Assembly (NCBI GenBank): GCA_945881775.1
Contig: CAMCVE010000001.1
Span: 63,836 to 127,835, forward strand
DNA: 64,000 bases
Reading direction: 5' to 3'
Source of the DNA: Bacteriovorax stolpii
GTDB taxonomy: Bacteria > Bdellovibrionota > UBA2428
In this document: positions 18,753-26,979 of the stretch, one piece after another
Position numbering within the stretch: position 1 is the stretch's first letter
Layout of the letters: each line of letters starts with the position of its first letter
Notes under the pieces: generated by a model
The model's input: the letters and a program-made list of their open reading frames with translations, nothing else
The model's database searches: none
What the model was told of the DNA's origin: nothing
Program-made: the position numbers and the translations under genes

Positions 18753-19334
18753 TCAGTTGTTCAGGTTGTTCAAGAGGTTCTTGCTCAGGGCATTCACAAG
18801 CGTATTGGCCTGTTCTGCGGTGAGACTGAGATTGTCTTGAGCGCGAGCGACGTAGGGAGCCAGATCACGGGCACCGATGAACTCTGCAATTTCTGAGGGT
18901 TCACGAGCGTCCACGCCAACAAGCGCGAGGTACGAAGCGATGCGGGCTTCGAGTTCCTTTTGCGAGTTGATGACTTGAAGAGCTTCCTTGAGCACGGGAG
19001 CTGCTCCGAATTGAGGGCTGACGAGAAGTTCGTTCACAGTGCCCTCGAGCACGTTGACGTTCTTCTGTTTCACTTCAGGCGAGCAAGACACTTCACCGTA
19101 GTAAGTGCCCGAGCTGTATCTGGGATCGTAGGGATAGACGGGATAAACTGGGTAAGGGTAGCCAGGACGGTAGTCGGGGTGACGGTGGTGTGGTCCGCGA
19201 TGTCCGCCGCGATGTCCGCCGCGATCACCGCCGCGTCCACCATGATCGTGCCTGTTGCCGTTGTTGTGAGCCATCGTCGTCGTGCTCAGCAACGCCGTCA
19301 GGGCCATCGTAGCCAAAACGTTAAATATTTTCAT
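18753..19334 (-). CDS. secreted low-complexity protein with a His/Gly/Arg repeat and a Pro/Tyr repeat
   Basis: Strong SD (AAGGAG) upstream of the ATG at 19334. Signal peptide is MKIFNVLATMALTALLSTTTMA. The mature N-terminus is HNNGNRHDHGGRGGDRGGHRGGHRGPHHRHPDYRPGYPYPVYPVYPYDPRY, and the C-terminal half is alpha-like. Confidence 0.6.
   Translation of the reverse strand: MKIFNVLATMALTALLSTTTMAHNNGNRHDHGGRGGDRGGHRGGHRGPHHRHPDYRPGYPYPVYPVYPYDPRYSSGTYYGEVSCSPEVKQKNVNVLEGTVNELLVSPQFGAAPVLKEALQVINSQKELEARIASYLALVGVDAREPSEIAEFIGARDLAPYVARAQDNLSLTAEQANTLVNALSKNLLNNLNN
19195..19242. repeat. 12-nt imperfect tandem repeat (about 4 units) inside the His-rich secreted protein gene
   Basis: CCGCGATGTCCG occurs twice, followed by CCGCGATCACCG and CCGCGTCCACCA. 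On the minus strand these encode the HRGG/DRGG repeats. Confidence 0.5.
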
Positions 19335-19401
19335 AGGATCTCCTTTTCCTTCGCAGGCTAATAGATTGTCCTGCGGACCTTGGTCAATTAGATTCCCAGT
19401 T

Positions 19402-20136
19402 GTGACAACAACTTCATGGGCTCCCTCAGTGGTCTATACGTTCTTTCAAACACTTGGAGCTCTCACCTTCGCTCTTGGACTGCTGTACTTTCTGCGACAT
19501 TATTTTTCGCTGAAAGCACGTATTGGACTTCTGCTCACCTCAAGTGTGCTGGTGAACCTCTTTGCTGAAACCGTTTCTTCATTCGCTGGGGGCTTCGAGG
19601 GAAAAAGTTATTTCGGTGCCCTGGGCGCGCAGATCCTTGGACTTGCGGTCTTCTTGCGTCTCAATAAAACAGACCCCGTAGCGCGTGCGCGCGTATGGTC
19701 GCTCTTTGGAGTTCTATCTGGACTCGTCTACGCCCTCCTACGAATCGGTTGTCATTTCCGCGGTTGCTGCTGGGGACGCATCTGCCCGTACCCGTGGGCC
19801 ACATTTTATAAGAGCACCGAAGTGGTGACTCCCTGGCTCTTTTTGCCTCTGCATCCCGCACAGCTCTACTCGGCCTTCCACGGGATTATCGTGGCAGTTT
19901 TTGTCGCGTTGGAGATGCGCCGCTCGGGTTATCGCTATAGTTCCCAAAATCCAGAATACGCCTTGGGTCTTTTTCTCGTGCTGATGGGCATGGGACGCCT
20001 CATCACAGATTATTTCCGAGCAGACGCAGCCTTCTACAAACAGTCCTGGCTCGGCTTGGACCCAAATACAATTCTTGCCAGTCTCGCCGCCTTCGGAGGT
20101 GCTGTAATTCTGTCTCGTTCGCGACACAGAATCTAA
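19402..20136 (+). CDS. lgt: prolipoprotein diacylglyceryl transferase, divergent (Cys-rich signature region)
   Basis: From memory it aligns to E. coli Lgt over its whole length: HPAQLYSAFHGIIVAVFVAL versus HPSQLYELLLEGVVLF, GLFLVLMGMGRLITDYFRAD versus [21 protein letters not shown], and RIGCHFRGCCWGRI in place of RLGNFINGELWGRV. I chose an in-frame GTG start at 19402. The track start at 19282 would overlap the divergent neighbour. Confidence 0.65.
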   Translation: MTTTSWAPSVVYTFFQTLGALTFALGLLYFLRHYFSLKARIGLLLTSSVLVNLFAETVSSFAGGFEGKSYFGALGAQILGLAVFLRLNKTDPVARARVWSLFGVLSGLVYALLRIGCHFRGCCWGRICPYPWATFYKSTEVVTPWLFLPLHPAQLYSAFHGIIVAVFVALEMRRSGYRYSSQNPEYALGLFLVLMGMGRLITDYFRADAAFYKQSWLGLDPNTILASLAAFGGAVILSRSRHRI

Positions 20137-20609
20137 GGAACTCTCGCCGCACTCGTGTGCAGCAACCCTTCCCACATGTCGAAGGTTTCTGGACTCAGCT
20201 CGATCACGACAAGGTCTGGGTCCGATGGCCCTTGTGGAAACCATGGGAGCAAGTCGTCTCCCCAGAGGGACCCAAGCAACTCAGTGTTGCGACGCAAACA
20301 GGCCGAAGCTCTCAGAGCCGAGAAGTGAAGTCTGTTTGGGAAGTGAAAACTTAGAGTCACATTTAAATGCTCCCTGTCTCCGAAGGACTTCCGAATGGGA
20401 TCGTTGCTCAAAAAGTAGATTCGTCCCTCTTCATCCACCTCGCGCACCGACATCGGACGGGTGTGCAATTGACCTTCAGGGTCGAACACAGTCAGCATCC
20501 CGACGTCGCCCCGCTGTATCTCAAAACGAAGCGCAGAACCGATATCGACTGGGAGCGCCTCCGAACGTTCTCGGATACCTTCTTGAGTTGTTTCACAAAT
20601 CTTTGTCAT
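20133..20609 (-). CDS. pyridoxamine 5'-phosphate oxidase-like FMN-binding split-barrel protein (general stress protein 26-like)
   Basis: About 158 aa with the pattern typical of the Pyridox_oxidase_2 family. A strong SD (AGGAGG) lies upstream of the ATG at 20609. Confidence 0.65.
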   Translation of the reverse strand: MTKICETTQEGIRERSEALPVDIGSALRFEIQRGDVGMLTVFDPEGQLHTRPMSVREVDEEGRIYFLSNDPIRKSFGDREHLNVTLSFHFPNRLHFSALRASACLRRNTELLGSLWGDDLLPWFPQGPSDPDLVVIELSPETFDMWEGLLHTSAARVP

Positions 20610-20764
20610 GCGACCCTCCTAACCCCATCAAGGGCTGCGAAAGCTGTGCCACTTGAGGCGGGGGCCCCTTACCCCAAACCCAGTCGCAGTGTGCGCTTTG
20701 AGTAAAAAAACCCCATCTGTAATCAACAGCTCCCAGAAGGGCCGATAAATTTAAATTTCATGAA

Positions 20765-20788
20765 AACAAAGTTCCTTAAAACTTTGTT
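20765..20788. promoter_or_regulatory. 9-bp perfect inverted repeat AACAAAGTT-N6-AACTTTGTT in the xdhC-downstream / PNPOx-upstream intergenic region
   Basis: Perfect IR with a 6-nt spacer, next to an AT-rich palindrome AAATTTAAATTT (20747-20758). It is the only AT-rich patch in the 260-bp GC-rich gap. It could be a terminator of the xdh operon or an operator. Confidence 0.3.
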
Positions 20789-20870
20789 CTTGGACTGACC
20801 GTCTCCGGAGCGGCTGCGAGTCGCCCTCACCGACGACTCCCTCTCCTAATCTGGTCGCGCTTTCTCGCAT

Positions 20871-21680
20871 TTATTCCCACTTAGTTTCGCCCAAAACGCG
20901 AGCCCGCACCTCGAGGAGCTGGGCCGCGATTGAAATGGCGATTTCAGCGGGCTCATTGGTCCCAAGAGCGAGACCCATAGGACATTTAAGAGCTTCGATA
21001 CGATCTGAGGAAATACCCTCGGCTTTGAGCTCGTTTCTAATTTTAATGGCTTTGACGTTGCTGCCGATCACACCCACATAAGAGGGGTGAAAACTTTGAA
21101 GAAGCTTTTTTAAAATCGGGAGATCGGTGGCGTGCCCCTGAGTCATGAGCGTGTAGAAAGCCTGGGCAGGCAGCGATGCCTTCTCGATGAGCGAAGGCAT
21201 ATCGTCACTGCAGAGCTTGATGAGACGCGCGGACTGCGCGGGCAAACGATCCAGCCACTCCATGCGCGAATCGATACAAGTCACCCGGCAATCAAGAGTG
21301 AGGAGCAAGGGCACGAGAGCTTGAGCAATGTGCCCAGCTCCAAAAACCACAACTTGCCACTTGCTTGCCTGAGTGGCCTCAAAGAGAAAGGTCACTTCAC
21401 CACCACAGGTCATGCCGACGTCGTGCTGAAGATTCCAGGTCACCGAAAATACGCGTTCACTCTCGCTCAGCTCTGTTCTCGCAAGAAGCTCCTGAGCAAC
21501 GACGAGCGCCTTGGCCTCGACCTTGCCGCCACCAATCGTGCCACTTTCAAGACCTCGCTGACTAAAGATGGCTTTGGCACCCGGATCTTGTGGCGCATGC
21601 CCTCTCGTCGACAGAAGAGTGACAACGACAAAGGCAATACCCTGAGATTCAAGCTCGCTGGCCTTCTGGAAAAAACTCAT
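20871..21680 (-). CDS. xdhC: xanthine dehydrogenase accessory factor XdhC/CoxI family
   Basis: XdhC N-terminal domain plus a Rossmann-like C-terminal domain (VVFGAGHIAQALVPLL). There is a 4-nt overlap with xdhB. Confidence 0.8.
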   Translation of the reverse strand: MSFFQKASELESQGIAFVVVTLLSTRGHAPQDPGAKAIFSQRGLESGTIGGGKVEAKALVVAQELLARTELSESERVFSVTWNLQHDVGMTCGGEVTFLFEATQASKWQVVVFGAGHIAQALVPLLLTLDCRVTCIDSRMEWLDRLPAQSARLIKLCSDDMPSLIEKASLPAQAFYTLMTQGHATDLPILKKLLQSFHPSYVGVIGSNVKAIKIRNELKAEGISSDRIEALKCPMGLALGTNEPAEIAISIAAQLLEVRARVLGETKWE

Positions 21681-24121
21681 CCGATCTCCTTAAAACGAGT
21701 TGGGTCCAGTGCTTCAAGCACGCGCTCGGAAGTTGCTGGAACTTTGATTTGAGGGAAGTTCTCTGGCGCTGTGTAACTCGGCACACATCGAAGAGCATCG
21801 AGCACCGCCGTCCAGACACTAATGGCGAGCAGGAGCGGCGGCTCGCCTACGGCCTTGGTGCCGCGCACGTTCACGAGGTTACCGGAATTGGCGAGAAGGT
21901 CGATTCGAAAGTCTCTCGGAATGTCGTGAATGCTGGGAATCTTGTAGGTCGAAGGACTGTGAGAAAGAAGTTTTCCTCCGGGAGAGTAAAATAGATTCTC
22001 AGTGGTCATCCACCCAAGTCCCTGCACGAATCCCCCACACACCTGACCTCTATCGAGCGCCTCATTGACGGGACGTCCAAGGTCCATGAGAACATCTGAG
22101 CGCAAGACTTTGACTTCGCCACTCTGACGACTCACAGAAACCTCTGAAACCGCGACTCCTTGGGTAAAGTAGAGAAAAGCTCCGCCTAAAATTCCGGGAG
22201 CGGTCTCGCCGACCTGGCCTTTGAGTTTGTCGAAGGCGAGATTGGGGATTTTGTAGTGGGCGTATTCGCTCAGGGAAATCCGATTGAGATAGGCCTCGTT
22301 GCAAAGATCAGAAAACGAAATTCGACGCTTGGGATCTGACTTCAAAGATGCAAATCCTTCGTCGAAGACCACGTCGTGAAAACTTGAAACATTGAAGAGA
22401 TCTTGGGGCTGCGTCTGCGAGCGCACTTCGATTTCGAGCTCTGTTCCAAGACCCGCTGTCTTGACGGCCCAGAGAGAAGGGTCTTTGCGAAACAACTTTG
22501 TGACAAGTTCCGAGAGGCGCGCTTTGATCTGCTGACAAGCCAGAGCAGCTGCGGCTCCATTGATGTCGGTGCCGCTCGAAGCCGCCGTAGGCGACGTGTT
22601 GGCATTTTTCTCGGTTGATGTTGCCATCACTCGGATGCGATCGAGCGGGAGGCCCAGCTCGTCAGCCACGATACGTGCGATGCGCGCATAGACCCCTTGC
22701 CCCATCTCCGTGGCACCCGTCGAAACCTGGACGCTCCCGTCTCGGTAGATATTCACAAGCGCGTTGCCTTGATTAAGGAAGCGAGTCGTAAAGGAAATCC
22801 CAAATTTCACAGCGGTCATTGAGAGGCCTCGCAAAACTTCGCCCCCTTCAACGAGAGCGCGCTGATTGGCGCGAGTGATGTCGGAGCGGCGCCTCTGGTA
22901 ATCCGAGGAAGCCTCGCAGCGAGAAAATAGCTCTGGCAGCGTGTTGTTCTCGACGCGCTGGCCATACGGCGTAACGTCAAAACCGTCTCGGTAGCAATTG
23001 AGTTTGCGAATCTCGAGAGCATCGCGCCCCAAACGATGAGCGATCTCTTCGATCACTTTCTCGATCATGAGCACACCCTTAGGCCCACCAAAACCACGGA
23101 AGGCTGTGTGGGGATGCATGTGGGTCTTACAGACCTGTCCGCGAACGCGGAAATTCTCGATAAAGTACGCATTGTCGCTGTGGAGCATGGCTCGCTCCAT
23201 GATGGACGTGGACAAGTCCGCATAAGCACCGCCGTCCGAGAAAAGAGCGGCATCAAGGGCAAGAATACGGCCCGACTGGTCAAATCCCACCTGGTACTCA
23301 ATCTCAAAAGGATTTCGCTTACCGGTGATGATCATGTCGTCGTCTTTAGACAAGACAATGCGAGCGGGGCGCCCAAGTTTGCGCGCAACGAGCGCAGCGT
23401 AGGCGGCAATCGGCGCTGCTTGCGACTCTTTGCCGCCGAAGGCGCCACCCATACGTTTTACGACAACAACGACATCTTTGCTCTCAAGACCCAGCCCGTG
23501 CGAGACCACGTGCTGAACCTCGGTGGGATGTTGAGCTGACGTGTGCACTTCGAGTGAGCCGTTCTCCTGGGGGTAAACCACAGCGGCCTGACTCTCGAGA
23601 TAGAAATGCTCCGCCCCCTGAATCTCAATGCGACCTTCGATGCGATGAGGAGCAACTTTGAGCGACTTCTCCGCGTTACCGCGCGCGATAAACCGCTCAC
23701 TGCCAATGAAACTTTTAGCTTTTCGAGCTTCGGATACCGAAAGAATGGCTGGAAGATCTTCGTACTCGATACGGATCAACTTGCGCGCCTCATCGAGTAC
23801 GGTCTGAGACGTGGCAGCTAACACAAGAATCGGCTCGCCAACAAATTGAACTTCTTTATCTGCGAGCAGCGGCTGATCCTGAAAGATTGTACCCCACAGG
23901 TTGTGTGGAAAATCTGTGGCGCCGTAAATGGCGATCATGCCTGGCAACGACAAGGCCTCGCGCGTATCAACTTTCAAGATGCGGGCGTGCGCTTTTTCGC
24001 TAAAATGCAAACCGACAATGACTTCATTCGCCAAGCGAGGGCGGTCATCAATAAACTCGCTGAGCCCTTGGACGTGCAAAACAGCAGAATCGTGCGGCGT
24101 GAACTTACCCTTCTCACTCAT
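21677..24121 (-). CDS. xdhB: xanthine dehydrogenase molybdopterin-binding subunit
   Basis: 814 aa aldehyde oxidase/xanthine dehydrogenase a/b hammerhead plus MoCo-binding domains. A GGAFGGKESQ motif is present. It overlaps xdhA by 4 nt. Confidence 0.85.
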   Translation of the reverse strand: MSEKGKFTPHDSAVLHVQGLSEFIDDRPRLANEVIVGLHFSEKAHARILKVDTREALSLPGMIAIYGATDFPHNLWGTIFQDQPLLADKEVQFVGEPILVLAATSQTVLDEARKLIRIEYEDLPAILSVSEARKAKSFIGSERFIARGNAEKSLKVAPHRIEGRIEIQGAEHFYLESQAAVVYPQENGSLEVHTSAQHPTEVQHVVSHGLGLESKDVVVVVKRMGGAFGGKESQAAPIAAYAALVARKLGRPARIVLSKDDDMIITGKRNPFEIEYQVGFDQSGRILALDAALFSDGGAYADLSTSIMERAMLHSDNAYFIENFRVRGQVCKTHMHPHTAFRGFGGPKGVLMIEKVIEEIAHRLGRDALEIRKLNCYRDGFDVTPYGQRVENNTLPELFSRCEASSDYQRRRSDITRANQRALVEGGEVLRGLSMTAVKFGISFTTRFLNQGNALVNIYRDGSVQVSTGATEMGQGVYARIARIVADELGLPLDRIRVMATSTEKNANTSPTAASSGTDINGAAAALACQQIKARLSELVTKLFRKDPSLWAVKTAGLGTELEIEVRSQTQPQDLFNVSSFHDVVFDEGFASLKSDPKRRISFSDLCNEAYLNRISLSEYAHYKIPNLAFDKLKGQVGETAPGILGGAFLYFTQGVAVSEVSVSRQSGEVKVLRSDVLMDLGRPVNEALDRGQVCGGFVQGLGWMTTENLFYSPGGKLLSHSPSTYKIPSIHDIPRDFRIDLLANSGNLVNVRGTKAVGEPPLLLAISVWTAVLDALRCVPSYTAPENFPQIKVPATSERVLEALDPTRFKEIG

Positions 24122-25635
24122 AACTGGCCTGCTCCCAAACTTTCTTCTTGGGGCAGAGACCTGAGAAACTTTTCGAGCAAGTTCTGGGTCACGAGTCGCC
24201 GGTAAGCCGAAGATCCACGCAGATCCGAGAGTGGTTTGATTTCGGCCTGGGCCCGGCTGAGGGCCTCTTTGCAGGTCCGAGCATTCAAGCCTTCTTTCAT
24301 CAAAAAGGCTTCCGTCTGTAGCAAACGCAGCGGCGTCGGACCGACACCCCCAACAGCCAAACGCAAGGCCGAAGGCCGAGAAGCATTCTTTGCAGACGGC
24401 CTAAAGAAAAACCCAACATTCACGCAAGAAATGTCGAGGTCACGTCGTTGGGAGATTTTCGCAAAAGAAAATCGTTCACTCGGAGTAGGGAGTTTCAATG
24501 AAATCGCCCAAATCAACTCGCCTTCGCGCAAGTCGGTTTCTTTGTAGGCAAGGTAGAAATCCTTGATTGGAATTTTGCGAAGACTCGCCTTGCGTGGCGA
24601 AAAAATCTCTAGCTCGGCATCGAGTGCAAGTAGAAAAGGTGGCGCATCTGCAATGGGCGATGCATTGGCCACATTGCCCGCCACGGTTGCAAAATTCTTG
24701 ATCTGGGGTGATGCAAAAACATTGAAGAACTCCCCGAGACTTGGCGTGCCTTCGAGAGCTTGGCGGAACTCACTGAGAGTCACACGCGCCCCAAAATGGA
24801 GAGCACGACCAGAAGCTTTGATCTTATAGAGTGGCGCGAGCAGGTGCAGGCTCAAAAAATGTCGGGCCGCGAAGCGCCCCTTGTTAGCTGCAACCCCAAG
24901 GTCTGTTCCCGCAGCCAGCAAAGTGGCCTTGGGAAACTTCTTGCGCAAACGCCGCAGCTCAGCCTGTGTCGCAGGCGCCTCAAAACGCACTTCTTTCGTG
25001 CCACCATAGACTCCAAGTTTTTGAACTTTACGAAGCATGGCGAGCATCGGAGAAGTGAGATAGACGGACGCCGCTCGGGAAGCCTTGCTAGCGTCGACAC
25101 TCAAAGCCGCGTCGATAATGGGCTGATACCCCGTACAGCGACAGAGATTTCCGGTGAGCTTATTTTTGACAGATTGGGCTTCTAGCAGAGGACCTTTTTC
25201 CAATGCAGCAGCTAGCGACATCACAAAACCCGGAGTGCAGAAGCCACACTGCGCCCCATGGCAGCGGACCATTGCCTCTTGAATGGGATGCAACTCCGAT
25301 ACGGGTGCCAGTCGGCGAAGACCCTCGATCGTCACTAGGGAGGAAGCGTCCATCTGAGCGACACGCACGATGCAAGCGTTGATCGCCTCAAAGCTAGGCT
25401 GGCGCCTGTCTCCAGGTTTTGGAAACGCGCGAAGCACCGTGCAGGCCCCGCAATCCCCTTCGGCACAAACAACTTTGGTGCCACTAAGACCTTTTCGAAG
25501 ACGCAAAAAGTCCGTCAAATTGAGGAAAAGTTCTTCACCACTCGCGTGAATGGCTTCGCCGTTCAAATAGAAAAAGACATAATCGCGATGAGGCATCGGA
25601 CCCTCAGTATAAGCATGCCCGTCGAGGCCTCGCAA
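24118..25635 (-). CDS. xdhA: xanthine dehydrogenase small subunit (2Fe-2S plus FAD-binding)
   Basis: Two [2Fe-2S] Cys clusters (CAEGDCGACTV and CHGAQCGFCTPG) followed by an FAD-binding/CO-dehydrogenase flavoprotein domain. The architecture matches Rhodobacter-type XdhA. Confidence 0.85.
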   Translation of the reverse strand: MRGLDGHAYTEGPMPHRDYVFFYLNGEAIHASGEELFLNLTDFLRLRKGLSGTKVVCAEGDCGACTVLRAFPKPGDRRQPSFEAINACIVRVAQMDASSLVTIEGLRRLAPVSELHPIQEAMVRCHGAQCGFCTPGFVMSLAAALEKGPLLEAQSVKNKLTGNLCRCTGYQPIIDAALSVDASKASRAASVYLTSPMLAMLRKVQKLGVYGGTKEVRFEAPATQAELRRLRKKFPKATLLAAGTDLGVAANKGRFAARHFLSLHLLAPLYKIKASGRALHFGARVTLSEFRQALEGTPSLGEFFNVFASPQIKNFATVAGNVANASPIADAPPFLLALDAELEIFSPRKASLRKIPIKDFYLAYKETDLREGELIWAISLKLPTPSERFSFAKISQRRDLDISCVNVGFFFRPSAKNASRPSALRLAVGGVGPTPLRLLQTEAFLMKEGLNARTCKEALSRAQAEIKPLSDLRGSSAYRRLVTQNLLEKFLRSLPQEESLGAGQL

Positions 25636-25645
25636 GAAGCCGAAC

Positions 25646-26656
25646 TTAGGACTCAGAACGGGAATCAGAGATCTTTTCCAGAGAGAATTTAGCCCGTCGG
25701 ATTAGCTCGGCGCGCGCAGGGTTACGCCGAGCGAGCACAGCCACAATTTTCTCCGTGGGCACCGCACGCAAGATATAGAAACTCACAAGCGCGAGACTCA
25801 GAGGCCGCAAAACGGCCCATACAAGCTTCACGGAGTCACCCCCATCGAAATAGGCAAACAGGATACTCAAGCCGAGTGAAATCCCCACCAAAGGCGAGGC
25901 GAGGTCACCGATTGCTGCTCGCAAACTATTCTTGCGCAGACCCGCATCTTTGGGAACGGACCGAGCGCGAAGCAAAACGGATCCACGCGTCGCCAAGCGC
26001 TCGCTCAGCCGGGAGCCAACCCTTTCGGAGACCCACACAAGAGCGACAGCCACGCTAGCTTTTAAGGCCACACAAACAAGAAGCATCGCAACCGGGGAAA
26101 GACCACTGAGTCCCAGAGGCTCGGCAATCTTCTTCCAGACGGCTTCCAAAGCATCCCAGAAATGGGCCCCAACAAAAAGCCACGCCAGAAGAAGTGGCTG
26201 AGCAAAGGCCCAAACGCTCGAAAAGAGCATACCCAGAGAAAGCCCGAGCTGCCCGGCACCCGCGATCACCACACCGAGCGCAAAAAGAAGTCCTTGCACT
26301 GAGATCGCGAGCATTGGAGTAAGTCGCTTACCTGCGGGGGAGAGCGACTTGAGCATCGCCGAGACAAGCGCAATGTTAGAAGCAGAACGCGCAACCCGCC
26401 CGCGACTCACTTGGCCTGCGTCATTCGGAGGAATTGTTCTTGAGGCTTGCACGAGCACAAGTCCCTGATTGAGCGAGAGCAAATGCCCGCCCAGCGGAAT
26501 CCGAAACGCGTGCACGAGACTGCCAACGCCAATTTCCGTCAGAGACAAAAGCGTAATGTGGCTTACTTCGTGGCGAGCCAGGCACCCGCTAGGGCTAGAC
26601 TCGCCCCCAGAATGCGTGTCCATGAGAGATCCACTCCTTGCACAAATTTGTCCCAA
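25646..26656 (-). CDS. hypothetical polytopic membrane protein, 10 nt upstream of xdhA (same strand)
   Basis: Multiple hydrophobic helices and no family recognised. The start is uncertain because the track start overlaps the upstream DMT gene by 94 nt. Confidence 0.4.
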   Translation of the reverse strand: MGQICARSGSLMDTHSGGESSPSGCLARHEVSHITLLSLTEIGVGSLVHAFRIPLGGHLLSLNQGLVLVQASRTIPPNDAGQVSRGRVARSASNIALVSAMLKSLSPAGKRLTPMLAISVQGLLFALGVVIAGAGQLGLSLGMLFSSVWAFAQPLLLAWLFVGAHFWDALEAVWKKIAEPLGLSGLSPVAMLLVCVALKASVAVALVWVSERVGSRLSERLATRGSVLLRARSVPKDAGLRKNSLRAAIGDLASPLVGISLGLSILFAYFDGGDSVKLVWAVLRPLSLALVSFYILRAVPTEKIVAVLARRNPARAELIRRAKFSLEKISDSRSES

Positions 26657-26979
26657 GCTCCGCTCACGAGAATCTGGCTTGAAATGATAATGAGAAAGCT
26701 ACTGAGCGCACCGATGCGGGAAATTGAGAGCGGAATGCACAAGACAATCACAAACCCAAAAAGCCCGGGCAAAAAGTGCCACCACTTGAGCTGCCCCCAT
26801 TGAATCTTCCCGGGATAGAGTCCCATGGCGATGACGACGGCAGTCAGCACCAGCACGATCAAGGTGTTCCACATCACCACCCAGCCGAGGCCCCATTCGG
26901 CTGCCATACGACGGTTGAGAACGCCCTGTAGGACGCCGCAAATGCCAACCACAAACGGGAGCAAATAGAACAGGTTCAC
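26563..26979 (-). CDS. small DMT-superfamily membrane protein (YdcZ/DUF606-like)
   Basis: 138 aa with 4 TM helices, matching the size and hydropathy of the YdcZ family. Its start overlaps the stop of the upstream DEAD-box helicase, which indicates coupling. Confidence 0.55.
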   Translation of the reverse strand: MNLFYLLPFVVGICGVLQGVLNRRMAAEWGLGWVVMWNTLIVLVLTAVVIAMGLYPGKIQWGQLKWWHFLPGLFGFVIVLCIPLSISRIGALSSFLIIISSQILVSGAWDKFVQGVDLSWTRILGASLALAGAWLATK

